Positions 1 to 12,252 of a DNA stretch of 46,937 bases are shown piece after piece (position 1 is the stretch's first letter; the number at the start of each line of letters is the position of its first letter). A program made the translations under genes and the position numbers. This stretch comes from Lenisia limosa (Eukaryota; Protista; Breviatea): assembly GCA_001655205.1 (NCBI GenBank), contig LPNZ01011412.1, positions 1 to 46,937 on the forward strand, in the 5' to 3' direction. The notes under the pieces are model-generated. The model ran no database searches, was not told where the DNA came from, and was given only the letters and a program-made list of their open reading frames with translations.

Positions 1-424
1 TGAAGGAGCCGACAATGTGACATTCCTGTGATGCATCTTGGCGTCTGAGTTGGTGCGTTTGGGAAATTGAAAGACCTCCTTTGTCCCCATGATTCCCTCC
101 TCAAGACCTCCTTTGTCCCCATGATTTTCAAAAATGACTTCTCCAGATGAGTCATCTTTCATATTTGTGAATTTCTGAGGTATAAGTGATAGACGTTGAC
201 AGTTCTCACCGTGGCGTAAATGATACTGGTTGCTTGGTCCGTAACGTTGGTAGCTGCGTTGCTGCCCTTCCGCCTATGGTTAAAGGTTGTGTCTGATGAT
301 AGTTAGAAGGTGAGCATTTGCGACATTTATTGGGAACTTACATGATATTGTTTAGCAATCCACTAAGGGACTCCCGCTGTTCCTTGAAGAGCTTCTCTAC
401 CCGAGGTCTCTTTTTATGAACCAT
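1..424 (-). CDS. 5' part of a spliced gene of unknown function, running off the window start
   Basis: ATG near 424 reads MVHKKRPRVEKLFKEQRESLSGLLNNII, followed by GTAAG..CAG and GTGAG..CAG introns with open exons. No recognisable motif. Confidence 0.4.
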
Positions 425-1095
425 CACAATAGTGCTGCATTTGAGCCGTATGCAGCAACTCCAGCAGATTCATGAAGCGAACATATATGTATGTATGCAA
501 ACGTTAAAATATGTAATCAGTGTCTATGGGTCTTAGTGTTGTCTAAATTTTGTTACGATCATGATCATTACTTACTTCGGTCCAAAAAAGAATAAATGGA
601 TACACAGCATATAATTATGTCCATATCCTATCACTGATTACACATTTTTGAGAGCGCTTCGGTTTTTTTGGTTACCGTTTGATTTTATGACCTGTGAAGA
701 AAAAGGAGGTCTTTCATTTCAAACTTTTTTATTCTGTAATCTCATTCTTCTTACTTTGTACCACTCTTTGTCTCAACCCTTTACTTTTGAACTTTTGATA
801 TCCCCAAAAACCGGTGCTTTTTGCATAAATCGGTCTTTTTTGGAANNNNNNNNNNNNNNNNNNNNNNNNNNNNNNNNNNNNNNNNNNNNNNNNNNNNNNN
901 NNNNNNNNNNNNNNNNNNNNNNNNNNNNNNNNNNNNNNNNNNNNNNNNNNNNNNNNNNNNNNNNNNNNNNNNNNNNNNNNNNNNNNNNNNNNNNNNNNTT
1001 CTCTAAATTGATCAGATGCTTAGGAACAACGATTCCCTTTATTTCTCATTTCTACATATGATATAAATCGATTCTTAGCCCTTCGATGGAAATTT

Positions 1096-1368
1096 TCAAT
1101 TACTTCTCAACCAGTTTCGAATCCTTGCTTTGCGCCAAAACGGATGCTCTGACTTGACCTGGAGCACCGAAAAGGAAATGGTAGGATTTAGTGATATTAC
1201 CAACAACACTGGTGATGTTTTTTTGTTCCCCTCCTTTATTGATCTGAGAAACGCGCTCACCAAATAGGCCGATGACCTTGGAGATTTGTTTGCATTGTTA
1301 TCCTTTGGAATGTTGCGTTCCCCTTGTTGTTTATTGCTATGTTGATCCCTACGTTGCATTTTTCTCAC
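1096..1368 (-). CDS. possible exon(s) of an unknown gene
   Basis: A 90-aa open frame only; no motif and no resolved gene model. Confidence 0.2.
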   Translation of the reverse strand: MRKMQRRDQHSNKQQGERNIPKDNNANKSPRSSAYLVSAFLRSIKEGNKKTSPVLLVISLNPTISFSVLQVKSEHPFWRKARIRNWLRSN

Positions 1369-1685
1369 ATTTCATATCATATTTGTAGTAATTGTGTACA
1401 TAGTTCATGCAAGATCTCTATTGCAACTTATGTGCTTCTACTATACCCCCAGGGACTCCTAATATCCTGACACACACTATAGTCTACATATTCCATTCTT
1501 TTGTTTGGTTTTGGAAACTCCTCCATATTTGATCCAAAAAAGGAGACTCTCATCTATGGCTCAGTATTAACGAAAGAGCGAAAGGAATCATGTTAAAAAA
1601 AAGTATTAGAATTTGTAAACAAATTTTCCTAAAACACATAGTATTTAGCTAAATAGTAACATACATAATCAATACTTTGCTCATA

Positions 1686-3943
1686 TTAAACAGCTGAATA
1701 AGATACTTCATGTGTTCCTGGGAGAACAGCAATCCAATGTACATACTCTGAAACCTGCAAGGGTAAGAAGACTCAACTTTGCATGGTGAAGGTCTTCGTT
1801 TTCCCTGAACCAAACACAACGTACATTTGCAGAGTTTCGGTATTTACACTCGACAGTCATTGATGACGTTGTAATTGACACCACAGCTATAAAATGAAGT
1901 GAAAAATGTCACAGAACCACTCACAGCACTCCGAGGCTCCTGAAGAGTCTGATTCTGCAGGATTGAGAATGACTGCTGGAATTTCAGCAAAAGTGGGACT
2001 GAAAGTGATGGTCTTCGACTAAAGAGTCAGGTCATGTAATAATCAAAAACGAACAAATCAATATGTCCCATGCAGACACTGGAAATTCCTTTTTGGAACT
2101 TTGTTGGGTCGTTAACACTCATATCAGGCCGCATTATCACAGTGTTAACGGCATCAACGGTTCTGCAAAGTAAAGACCCAACAAATGATTCCGTCAAAAC
2201 CCAATTCAAAGGAGTAAAAATAACACGCCAGCACACGTAGATGATTGGGATTCTGTGTCATAGTAGCTGACCAGAGAACTTGAAGTAGACGGCTTCCAAT
2301 ACCAAAGCTAAGTGGTGACAGTCGAGGGTTGGATTTTAAGTGGTGACAGTCGAGGGTTGGATTTTAAGTGGTGACAGTCAAGGGTTGGATTTTATGTGGT
2401 GACAGTCGAGGGTTGGATTTTATTTTTTTAGAATATCAATCTCCAAAAACTTAAGAGTAAAAAGCTTACAAGGGATGCTTTTGATTGTTCAAAGTCGGTA
2501 TTGAAGACACCACCAATAATGACAGGTGTTGAGGGGAAAGGAACTGGGTAGGTCTCGGATGTTTTGGAAGAGGTACCGTGCAAGACCTGAATGATGGGAT
2601 TGAGGTCAATTTCTGAGCTTTTCTAAAGCGCTAATAAGATCACATTGATTTGCAGATATTATAATCTCCAAAGTTTAAACCTTGCACAATCAGTTGCTGA
2701 TTTGGTTAATGCAGGTTATAATTCCAGAAAATTGGACGGATATCTCTTAACACTTACGATGCCATCATCTTTTTAATCCCCATGCCCCCGTGCCCAATGG
2801 GTGGAGTATATGATGATATAATATATATAATATATTGTGGAGGCATGCACAGAGTTGAAAGGGAAATGATTGGGTGAAAAAAATAAAAAAAAATACTATT
2901 TCAATTTACATGGGGTTTTTGAACAAAAGCGATTAACAAGTGAATATGATCTGACCGTGAAGATGTTAGAATTGGGTTTGATAGTGTCGAAGGCAACAAC
3001 CGAAATGGACGGTGATACAATGGAGGGCGTCTATAAAATAAACAACCAATGAGGCAGTTAACATACAGCAAATTGGCTAGTGGCAACAACAAAGTTTGTT
3101 CTATTCGTTCCGACTGGGACTGTGGTTGTGGCCATGTTGTTCATAAACTAAATTGTAACCTTAAGCAATATCGAAAAGGCTGCTTCTTATTATGAAGACA
3201 CCACTCCTACATCAGCCGAGCACAACACTGCGCGAGTGTATGCTGAGCCTTGGTCGGGTAAGGTGACACCTTGACGGTTTGACGTGGCAACCTATTCCAG
3301 GTGACAAAAAGAAGCTTCAATTCGATTCCCTTTCAAAACGGTATTGTCTCGGTCTTTTTGGAAATTAAGTGAAGGTCAAAGTACAACATATCCCCGCTTA
3401 CAACACGCTGAGCATGGACAATGAAGTAGTTGCCACGAACTCAGTCCTAAACCGTTAAAAGCCTGACTAAAAAAACAGACCAAAACAGCCCAGACTTTTT
3501 TGGATTTTGGCAATTCTCACCTTTAATGCCTCAATTTCTTCACGAAGAGGAGTCTAAAAGTTGTGAGGTACTAAAGAAATAGCAGGACTCACCAGCTTAG
3601 CCTCGATCATGGCCTCCACAGAAACCTATAAAATATGAGGCAACAAAAAAAATGTATCAGTTAATTCAAATAACATCACACACCATATTCATTGCATCGT
3701 AGGGCATGGTAGCATTTGCTGAGAGCCTGGAGGTAAGAAATATGAGGACTCCTGTATATTCTTTTATGATCCCTTGTTCAATAGACCAGCAATCACTTAC
3801 GTTAAGGCTTGTACTTCAACTTGACTCTGACTTGACGACAAAGAAAACATCTCCGCACTGGAAACATGATTGGAGGCCATGACAACTCACCTTTCGCCGA
3901 AGAAGACCAGAAGGGCAAGGCCCAAGAGATTCCAAACAAACAT
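1686..3943 (-). CDS. secreted protein with tandem H-type-lectin (discoidin C-terminal)-like repeats
   Basis: Signal-peptide-like start MFVWNLLGLALLVFFGESA. Stitched exons include ETYPVPFPSTPVIIGGVFNTDF, KTITFSPTFAEIPAVILNPAESDS, VVSITTSSMTVECK and YVHWIAV, which resemble by eye the H-lectin pattern (I/V)xFxxxFxxxPxV...D...(n)itxxgf...WiA. No HMM was run. Confidence 0.5.
2310..2421. repeat. 4 x 28-bp tandem repeat (AAGTGGTGACAGTCGAGGGTTGGATTTT) in an intron
   Basis: Four near-identical units directly visible, abutting the 3' splice site of a minus-strand intron. Confidence 0.95.
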
Positions 3944-4187
3944 GACAACCAACGAGTTACTCAGGATTAGGGGGGGGGGGGGNNNNNNNNNNNNNNNNNN
4001 NNNNNNNNNNNNNNNNNNNNNNNNNNNNNNNNNNNNNNNNNNNNNNNNNNNNNNNNNNNNNNNNNNNNNNNNNNNNNNNNNNNNNNNNNNNNNNNNNNNN
4101 NNNNNNNNNNNNNNNNNNNNNNNNNNNNNNNNNNNNNNNNNNNNNNNNNNNNNNNNNNNNNNNNNNNNNNNNNNNNNNNNNNNNNNN

Positions 4188-4552
4188 GCGGGTATTATTG
4201 TATTATTGTCAACTCACCAGCCGGAGGAAGTGTGGTGAAGGAAAGAGGAGAGCGGCAGTAAAGATCGCAACAGCTATAGGGTATATTCTACTGACACCAC
4301 CAGGGATACAATGGCTCATCCGACTCCTGTCAGACGGGACCCTATGGTGGGCTTGCGGGTTAGGTTGGAAGCTTCTCACAATTATTTTACGCATCATGGT
4401 GATAATGGCTATTTGATATCTCACGCGTTTCTATAGATGTTTTTGTTGACAGCGCAGATGGTGGATCACCATCCACGGCCCACAACAGCGCCGTTCTCGT
4501 TTCCGCTTTCATCGGACTCGACGTCACAGCCAACTCTCCCAGTGCTGTCTAG
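4188..4552 (+). CDS. 3' exons of a gene whose start lies in the gap at 3983-4187
   Basis: Spliced frame GYNGSSDSCQTGPY|DVFVDSADGGSPSTAHNSAVLVSAFIGLDVTANSPSAV*, stop at 4550-4552. Confidence 0.45.
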
Positions 4553-4578
4553 TGGGTATCTTCAACCAATAGACTAAC

Positions 4579-7500
4579 ATGACAGACATCTCCCCCATCC
4601 AATCCTTGCCTCCTCTCAATCTTCCTGTGTTCTCAGAGTTGAACCATATTGAGCCTCTCAATACTGAACTTGTGCCAGGTATGTCTCAAAACTTGATAAT
4701 CTTACGGCCTAGAACTGCCTACGCTTCCTAGCCTGCCAGACCTGGTGGACAGCAACATGGTCGAGCCGACAGGCGTTCAGCCAGCCCCGCAACAAATTGT
4801 GGCAACAATCGCTCAACCAGTGCCTGAAGTTCCACAACCACCAGCTCATGTCCCCAACTTCGCAGACCCCAATTTGGTGGGTTGCTCTCTTATGTTTTAC
4901 TTCCCAAGCCCCCGCACATTTACTTTCCCCAAATGCACCAAATGTCACCCGAGGTAATGCATTGCACTGAGAACTTATGTAAGTTGGGCTCAACCTGGTG
5001 TTAAATAGTCCGTGTTGCCCCATAACCCGCTCATATTCAAGGTGCCGCTCTGCTTCGCCAAGTTCGAATGCGTATGTTAAAACAAGGGACCTTTAAAGAA
5101 ATCCTCATCTCACTTTGTAGAACCGCCCGTTTCATCAATACCTATTGAAGAGTTTTCCAATATGGCAAATAACTCTGTGAAGACCCTAAATGACCCAATG
5201 CCTATTCGACTTCCAGGTTTGATTGGTGGATCTGATAAATCTGTAGATAAAGCATCTTACCGCTACAAGGACGAAAAGGGCGAATATGAAGGAACTGTTG
5301 GTATGCGTTACAACTGGATTCGTGCGGCTGGAGCATGTTGTTTCTCATTTTATGGGATATTATGGCACTATATTTAGTGACCAAGACAACATGCGGCCTG
5401 GTTAGAACAATAATTCAAAAACGAGACTATCCTTAAAAAACAATTGTTTCAATTATGGATTAGTATTGGAATACATTCATATGATATGTACTATGTAAGA
5501 TTTGTCATGGTACCATTGATTAAGGCTCATTTATTAGATCTGAAAACTTTGGAAATCACGGGTAACGCGCCCACTCCGCAAGACGGTAAGACTTAGAAGC
5601 CTCTTCATTTTTCAGCGCTTAACAATGCACTTCCGTTCCCAGTGCATTCTCGTAATATCCGACAAAAATTTGTTACAGCTCACAACAAAGCTGCAATAAA
5701 GGTAAGTCTCTGGTTTGATGTTGAACTACTGGGAAATTAAATGTAACTTGGAGGCTGAGAGGAATTTATGTGACATTTGCAATGGCTGACATCAGATGCA
5801 CAAGGCGAACTTCGGCAACAAGATTCGCGGAGAAAGCCAAACAGCCTTCATTTCCACCTCAGTCAACGAACACGGACCTCAATCGGAGTACTGCAGTGTT
5901 GGCTGCGAAGTTGTCAGCCAGGTTTGCGAGACTTTCTGTTCTTAACTTCCAGGTTATGAGCACTGTGCTGAATACAGTGGCACGCAATGCTGTGAGTCAG
6001 TTAGGCCTCCAGCCCGTTTTCGGCTTGGATGAGTCACGCCAGGAATTTTCGGCTCTTTATCACAGCTTCAAGGGTAAGTGGAACAGGATATTGTCTTTTT
6101 TTGAGGGGCTAAATTATGATTTCTGGATGCTCTTTCCTCTTCTATCGACTGTATCTTTTGTAGCAAAGAAAAGACAACAGGGAAATGTGAGAGCCCGTCT
6201 CAATTTGTAGATCCGCCACCACCTGGGGTGTATGCAGTCGGGCTCAACCCCAAAGGCCTCATGCACTGGACCCGAGATGAAATCCTTCTGGCCACTTCCA
6301 AACTGCAGAGCTACAAGGTGGTTTTGTGTATCATTACTGGGGTCAACTTGTGAACCCATGCCGTTTTACCATTTAGAACCAAGGCGTTCAACTTGTGCCA
6401 ACTATCTCAATGGTAACCCAGATGCCTTTTGAATGGCTCTCTGAGAATCTCACGTACTCCCAGCCCTTGGAGTTTCTCGGTGGGTGAAGACTATTCCTCA
6501 AATGCTATAATTAGGGCTTCGCTACAGTCCAAAAAACCCGGTAAAATATCGATATTTATCGAGAATTTATCGAGAAATTCAGTCTTTTTGGGGACCGTAG
6601 TGAAGCCCTAACTATAACACAAATAACATGAACTGTTACGTCCAGTTTTCAATATTCATAATAATTGCCCTCTCTTTGAGTTACACTCTAAGATGGAGAC
6701 GACAACTCAGAGCCACGAGCAGTGGAACAGTTGGAATGGTGTCACTTGAACGTTGTTGGCGGTATGTCCTTGAGAGACGGCCTTGTTCTATAATACCTTG
6801 ATGTCACTTCTTTATTCTGCAGATATCCAGGTTACAAATGAGCGGCAGTCAATAAACATCGGCCCTTACCAGTATGGCTATCTGCGGTCTGATGTTTTAG
6901 ATCCGTGATAGTTTTGAATGCAGAAACTGTGAATACTCTTCGAATCAGCCATGCAATAGCTAAGGCAACAAAGACATACATTGCATTAAAGGATTATCTC
7001 CTTGAGCCAAAGACAGCAGTGGGTTGTTTTCCGTCTTCTCGTGACTTGCAGTTTATTAACATGCCACCCCGCGAAGCCGTACAACGAGCAATGGCTTATT
7101 GGAGTTCTATGACACCATTATCAGACCTAGGAAATGTACAAGCTTTTGGTACGGTCAAATTACAGCTTATTATTCTGTTCAGAAATTCTTGGTTGGAACT
7201 ATGAAACGATGATGCACTCGCCACCAGATCTTGTAAGCCGATATTTAATGCTGCTGTGACCTTCAGATTCCAGCAATGTTCTTCAATGCAAGTCATCAAG
7301 GGGACTTTTTAACCCGGAAAGGCAAAAGAGGCAACCAAACGCATATTGTAGTTCAAGCCGGAGCTGTAAGCATGAAGCCGTTGTGGCTAACGTTTCAGTC
7401 CGTTTTTGGAGAATTCACATCAAGAGGAACTCACCCTTCTTTCATCATTAGTGAAGGGCAAAACACTCGAACTGTCACAATCAACCTGTTAACAAGGGAA

Positions 7501-7950
7501 GGAACAGGCACTATGATGGCTATCCAAGGCCCTGCCCCAGACCAAATGTTTAAAGATAATGTGGGTTCCTTTGTCCTGTGCATGACTCCTATCATTCAGT
7601 CTCTCATCTTTCAGATTCTTCGAATGTGGCCTACCCCGTCAAAACTAGGTTTGCGTCATAATTTCCGCTTACCCCTTAGGAGGAAAGTGCCTCATCAGCC
7701 TCAATGCATGCACACTGGTGAGCACGGATGCATTTGACAGTGTCTGGCCGGACTGCCCCCAGGTCATGCGATCGTGAGTGGATTATTGATCTGTGACCTT
7801 CCTAGGCTGGCTGTTTCATTGCTTGACCAAGCAACGTCGCCTTTCAAGCCTGAAACCATGACCCAGAGGGACGCCTTCCACATTCTGTTGCGCTGTTTAT
7901 GTAATGTCACTCCATCTCAATGAGGCCAAGCTCCCGCGTCTTATTCTAGT
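4579..7950 (+). CDS. large multi-exon gene of unknown function with a Pro-rich N-terminus
   Basis: ATG at 4579 (MTDISPIQSLPPLNLP), then many short GT-AG introns separating open exons such as EPPVSSIPIEEFSNMANNSV, DPPPPGVYAVGLNPKGLMHW and FINMPPREAVQRAMAYW. 3' end approximate. Confidence 0.65.
6512..6610. mobile_element. 99-bp hAT-like MITE (TAGGG family, copy 1)
   Basis: Imperfect TIRs TAGGGCTTCGCTACAGTCC and GGACCGTAGTGAAGCCCTA. 8-bp flanks GCTATAAT and ACTATAAC match 6/8. Lies in an intron. Confidence 0.8.
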
Positions 7951-8109
7951 TTGAGATGTTTCAAAGTATCACAAGGTATACACATTAGATGTCTCTTTCA
8001 GTTGTCTCATTATTTAAGAATGTAGCGATTCTCCCCCATTTGAAATCATTGGTAGATATCTGAATCACACAATTCACTAGTAGAGTAAAGAAAAACATAA
8101 ACAAAAAAG

Positions 8110-11100
8110 GTTAACATAGAGCTGAAGAACTATAGTTTGACAAACACACCAAATGGCTTGCTTTTGAATGAGGAGCTATGAAATGAGAGAACGGGATGAC
8201 CACAAACCTCGTGACAGTCACATTCTTAGGCTGAGAAAAGGGATGCGGTGCGTACACCACTTTCTTTTCCCCTTCCTTGTTGGAAGGGCACTTTGGGGGT
8301 GGCGTACGTGCCAATGCTGTTCGCGCAATAATTCGCAGAGTTGTACTGGCAATCTCTTCCGACGCCAGGGCCTTTATTCGGGGGCTGAAAATGGAGGGTA
8401 CGGCAGGGCTGTCCTGAGATATCACTAATATCGTATCAATAACTGCAATACAGCTCATGGATTTTTTTTAGGAATACTACGATCATAAATACTATTCAGC
8501 TTCAAGAGCACCATCAAACCACTTCAAATTCGTCCAAGTCGGTATCTGAATCGGATGTGCCTGGTAACTGCCAGGTGAGTACAGGTACACACTTGAAACA
8601 AAAGCTCATGCAACCTACTAATGGGGAAGCAGCGTTGAACTCCATTTTCAAAGTTTCCAGCGCATTGCTTGGAAGGCAGATAAGACCCTCTTCACTCCGC
8701 CTCATCATTGGATTGTCATCTTGGCAGAGAGTTTTGAGAATGCTGGGGAGTGAAACAGTGGAAAATCCATGAATATTGGTAAACACGAATCGTAGAATTG
8801 ACAAAACTAACTTTGCATTTTCCTCCATTGTTTTGGAACGTAATTTCATTGGCCCAATTGAACCAGCCTTTTTGGAGGTAGTTTCCACTTGTGTACCCGA
8901 AGAGGGGACAGTAGAGCGAGGCGGGATTTTAATATCCATGTTCACATCACTTATGCTGAAACAGCCTTCTTGATCCTCAACAGTCAATCACCACTCTTGA
9001 AGCATCAACCACTCTAGTCCCAGTTCTGCCCCACCAACTGTTTGCAACGGAGACGGCTTGCTCTTTCGATTCTTTTTCTCAATAGCTCGCTTTCTGCTTT
9101 GCTTTCGCTGAAGTATTTTCCTCTCAGAGACAGGCACAATGTCAAATCGCCCGCCTGTAGTGTTATTAACCCTTTAAAGCAGGCCACTAAACCAGATTCA
9201 TTATGTAATCTTAACTGAGCCCCAAATCCATGAATGTTGGTCAAAAGTACTCAAAACACTCCGAGGTTTTATTCTGGTTTAGCGGCCTGCTTTAAAAATC
9301 AACAATGAACTCCACAATAATATCCAAGGCGGTGAGGGGTCGAGGTCTCCCGATTTTGATTATCCTCAAAATAATGTATCAATGCTATATCGGGGATGAG
9401 AGAAGCTAGAATAGTACTCAGCGAAGCCATTAACGTTTTAGGCTCGGATTGGTTTGTCAACAGTAGTCTACCTGTGTTCTTCTTGGAGCTCGCCTTAGCC
9501 GCCAAGACAAGGTGCTCATGAAAATTAGTATTCCACCAGATTCCACCACCACCACTCTCCCAAACCCGTTTCCACCATCCACCACTTTTTTTCAGCTGTT
9601 TTTGGCATAATCGTTGTATATATTACATAGTACATATAATATACTATATCATATCATATGATATATTACATACAAATATATCATAGAGATATCATATACA
9701 TGTATATATATATATCGATATATAATAATAATTAATAATTAGACCTAATTTGTACCTAATTACATAACTACACATAACTGAAACTGTTTACTACTCAATG
9801 ACTCAACTGTGACTGATGTGACTCAATCGAAGAGACTCAATGTCCAACAACCCCCAATTTTTTTTTTTTTTCTGAAAATAAAAAAACAAAAAACAACTGG
9901 CAACAAGAGTTTCCATCATCCACCACTCTCCGAAACTCGATTTCCACCATCCACCACTATTTGACTGGTGAAATACTAATTTTCATGAGTGGAGGCCCCC
10001 TGCGCCAAGATACACGTTAACATGTAACAAATATTAAAAGAATCCAGCCACTTTGAAATTTGTAGTTTAAAGCACTTCTCTACATGCTTCCTTCATCTCT
10101 TTTGTATAAAAATATGATTAAAGTTGTCTGCACAGATTAAAGTCATTATATTCAATCGTATGGTTGAAAAGCGGTGAAAATCCTGACTTAAATCCGAGCC
10201 TAAAAAATCAAAATATTCGAGACCTCGACCCCCCGCCGCCTTGGTAATATCCAAACAAACTGAGCAGCTCAATTTTCTTAGCTGCCATGGCTTGGGTCTT
10301 TTTCTGGGCCTCTGTGCTCATTTCTTGAAGTTGCAGCTTTTTAGGTATGGGCTTGTGGCTAAAATGACATTCATTTCAAATGCAATTTGATGGAAGAGTG
10401 AATATACAACTGAAGGGTGATCTCTTACTTTGCTTTCGATTTGTTTTCGACTCTATCGTCAATTTTTGAGACAATAATGGGTGTATTGTACTGGCCTTTA
10501 CTTCGCTTCCGGATTTGCTGAGTTCTGAATCAAAGTAAGTGGAAGGTGATATCTTTCCTTCTTACCGCTTTACAATTCTGTCCCATTGTTCCAACTTTGA
10601 GCCGAATGGAGAATCACCAGTTGGACATTTGAGAAATTCATCACCTTTATTGTCAAAAAGCCAAGACAGGGTACCTGTTCATCTAAATTTGAACACATAC
10701 CCCTACCTGGTTGCATACAATCCGCCATTGCTTGGAGAAGCAGTTCCTTGAAGTCTTTCTGGACCGATAAGAGGAAGTTGCCAAGCCCTGTAGAAACAAA
10801 GATAAAGTTGTCAAGCCCTGTAGAAACAAAAAGATTAGCCGCCAACTTCTTCGGGTTGCGAATAGAACTTCCACTTTGTGAATTGGATCTATCGATATTA
10901 GTAACAGACAAAGGAAAAGAGTGTTTCTATAAAACCGCATCCACCCACATCGGATTTTGTTCTGTCGTCTACCCGCACACGCCCGCTCCTAAGACCTGTC
11001 TGAGAGGGTTATCTCTATTTTATAATGATCCGAAAAAGATCACGAAAATATAAATATTCATATTTATAAAGAATATACCAACAAATCCAAACTTGTTTTT

Positions 11101-12120
11101 AGTACCGTGTTATTCAATAACTTTCTTCTCTTGGCTTAGCCTGTAATCAGCCATATGATGAGTAGCTCACCTTGAAAACTGTCGGTGGTTCCGGAAGTCT
11201 CCATCGGCTCTTTGTGGCCAACTGCTGAGGGTGATGCAGCTGGATTATTCCTCGCAATTGAAAGTTGTAAAGGATAGATGGAAATAAACAGTATTATATC
11301 GTCTCATGATACCCTCCAATCTCACCTTTACTTTCTCTTTGCCTTCTTCTGATAACTGTCTAACTGGAACTCGTGGTTGCCCTAAATACAAGTTAGAATT
11401 GAGCATTTAAGCCATTATTCAAGATAATAACCTCACGCTTCTTCTGCTCCTGTGTCAGTGGTTCAAGTTTCTTTGAGTGGTCCGGGGGGTAAAACTTCAA
11501 GACAGGCCTATCTTCTTCTTCCTCCTCCGCTTCTTTTTGATTATTTATTTCTTCTTTTTCTTTCTGTGCTTTCTCCTCATTTTTAAGTCTTTCGACGATT
11601 TCATCAAAGTCTTCCGGAAGCTCAATGTCACTTTCAGTGTCGTCCAATTCGTTTACTTTATCATGATCCGAGTCAACCTTTCCTTGCTCAAAGTTGTTGT
11701 TTTGAGTTGGGGTTAACCCAGTAGGTGATTCTACCTCAGTATCTAAAAAGTAATTGAAAAACTAGTGTTTGAAAAAATATTCAGAAGCAAACCAGATTTG
11801 GAAGATGGTGAAATAGCTTGTTTTGGTTTAGGCTTTTTAGAGAGTGAGGATTTGATAGAATCCATCTACTTGGTTACTGTTGAAAAATAGGTCAATGTAA
11901 AAGTTGTTTAACTCAATGTATCTTGTAGTTTCATTTGTCTATAAAAATTAACAGCAACTACTAATTACTCAGTTAACCCAGCAAACAAGGCTATAAATAT
12001 CAGCGGGGCTGTCAGTGGGCGGGCTTTGGTAGTATGGTTCCTTCTTAGTTTTCTTCTGTTTTTTGAAGAACCCTGTACAATAATTTCTGGATAAGGCATG
12101 ACAAAAATTAATACCGGTAT
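8110..12120 (-). CDS. large multi-exon gene of unknown function with acidic and lysine-rich segments
   Basis: Long exons at 8514-8987 and 11430-11743. Exons join in frame across the 1106-nt intron at 9155-10260 (MAAKKIELL|SGRFDIVPVSERKILQRK). The 5' end probably lies near or in the gap at 12142. Confidence 0.65.
9178..9291. mobile_element. 114-bp Kolobok-like MITE
   Basis: 19-bp TIR AGCAGGCC(A/G)CTAAACCAGA (18/19), flanked by TTAA at 9174-9177 and 9292-9295. A TTAA TSD with AG...CT termini fits Kolobok rather than piggyBac, whose termini begin CC. Confidence 0.75.
9325..10243. mobile_element. 919-bp non-autonomous hAT-like element (outer)
   Basis: 25-bp TIR CAAGGCGG(T/C)G(A/G)GGGGTCGAGGTCTC (23/25). 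8-bp TSD ATAATATC / GTAATATC (7/8). Confidence 0.85.
9508..10002. mobile_element. 495-bp non-autonomous hAT-like element nested in the 919-bp element
   Basis: Perfect 8-bp TSD CGCCAAGA (9500-9507, 10003-10010). Termini CAAGG...CCCTG. Inverted core CTCATGAAAATTAGTATT(C/T)CACCAG (24/25). Subterminal TTCCACCATCCACCACT direct repeats and an AT-rich interior. Confidence 0.9.
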
Positions 12121-12252
12121 CAGATACAATAATAGGAAGTTNNNNNNNNNNNNNNNNNNNNNNNNNNNNNNNNNNNNNNNNNNNNNNNNNNNNNNNNNNN
12201 NNNNNNNNNNNNNNNNNNNNNNNNNNNNNNNNNNNNNNTGCACGTTGGTAAG

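Noticed and set aside
2310-2421. CRISPR-like 28-bp repeat array
   Set aside because: The units are directly adjacent with no spacers, the context is eukaryotic, and there are no cas genes.
2470-2560. PVIIGGVFNTD as an endonuclease/exonuclease/phosphatase GDFN motif
   Set aside because: The catalytic Asp is absent and neighbouring exons fit an H-lectin-like repeat better.
9014-9505. ORFs 9014-9244 and 9299-9505 as genes or a pseudogene with a TGA
   Set aside because: They run through MITE sequence inside an intron; the real exon uses another frame.
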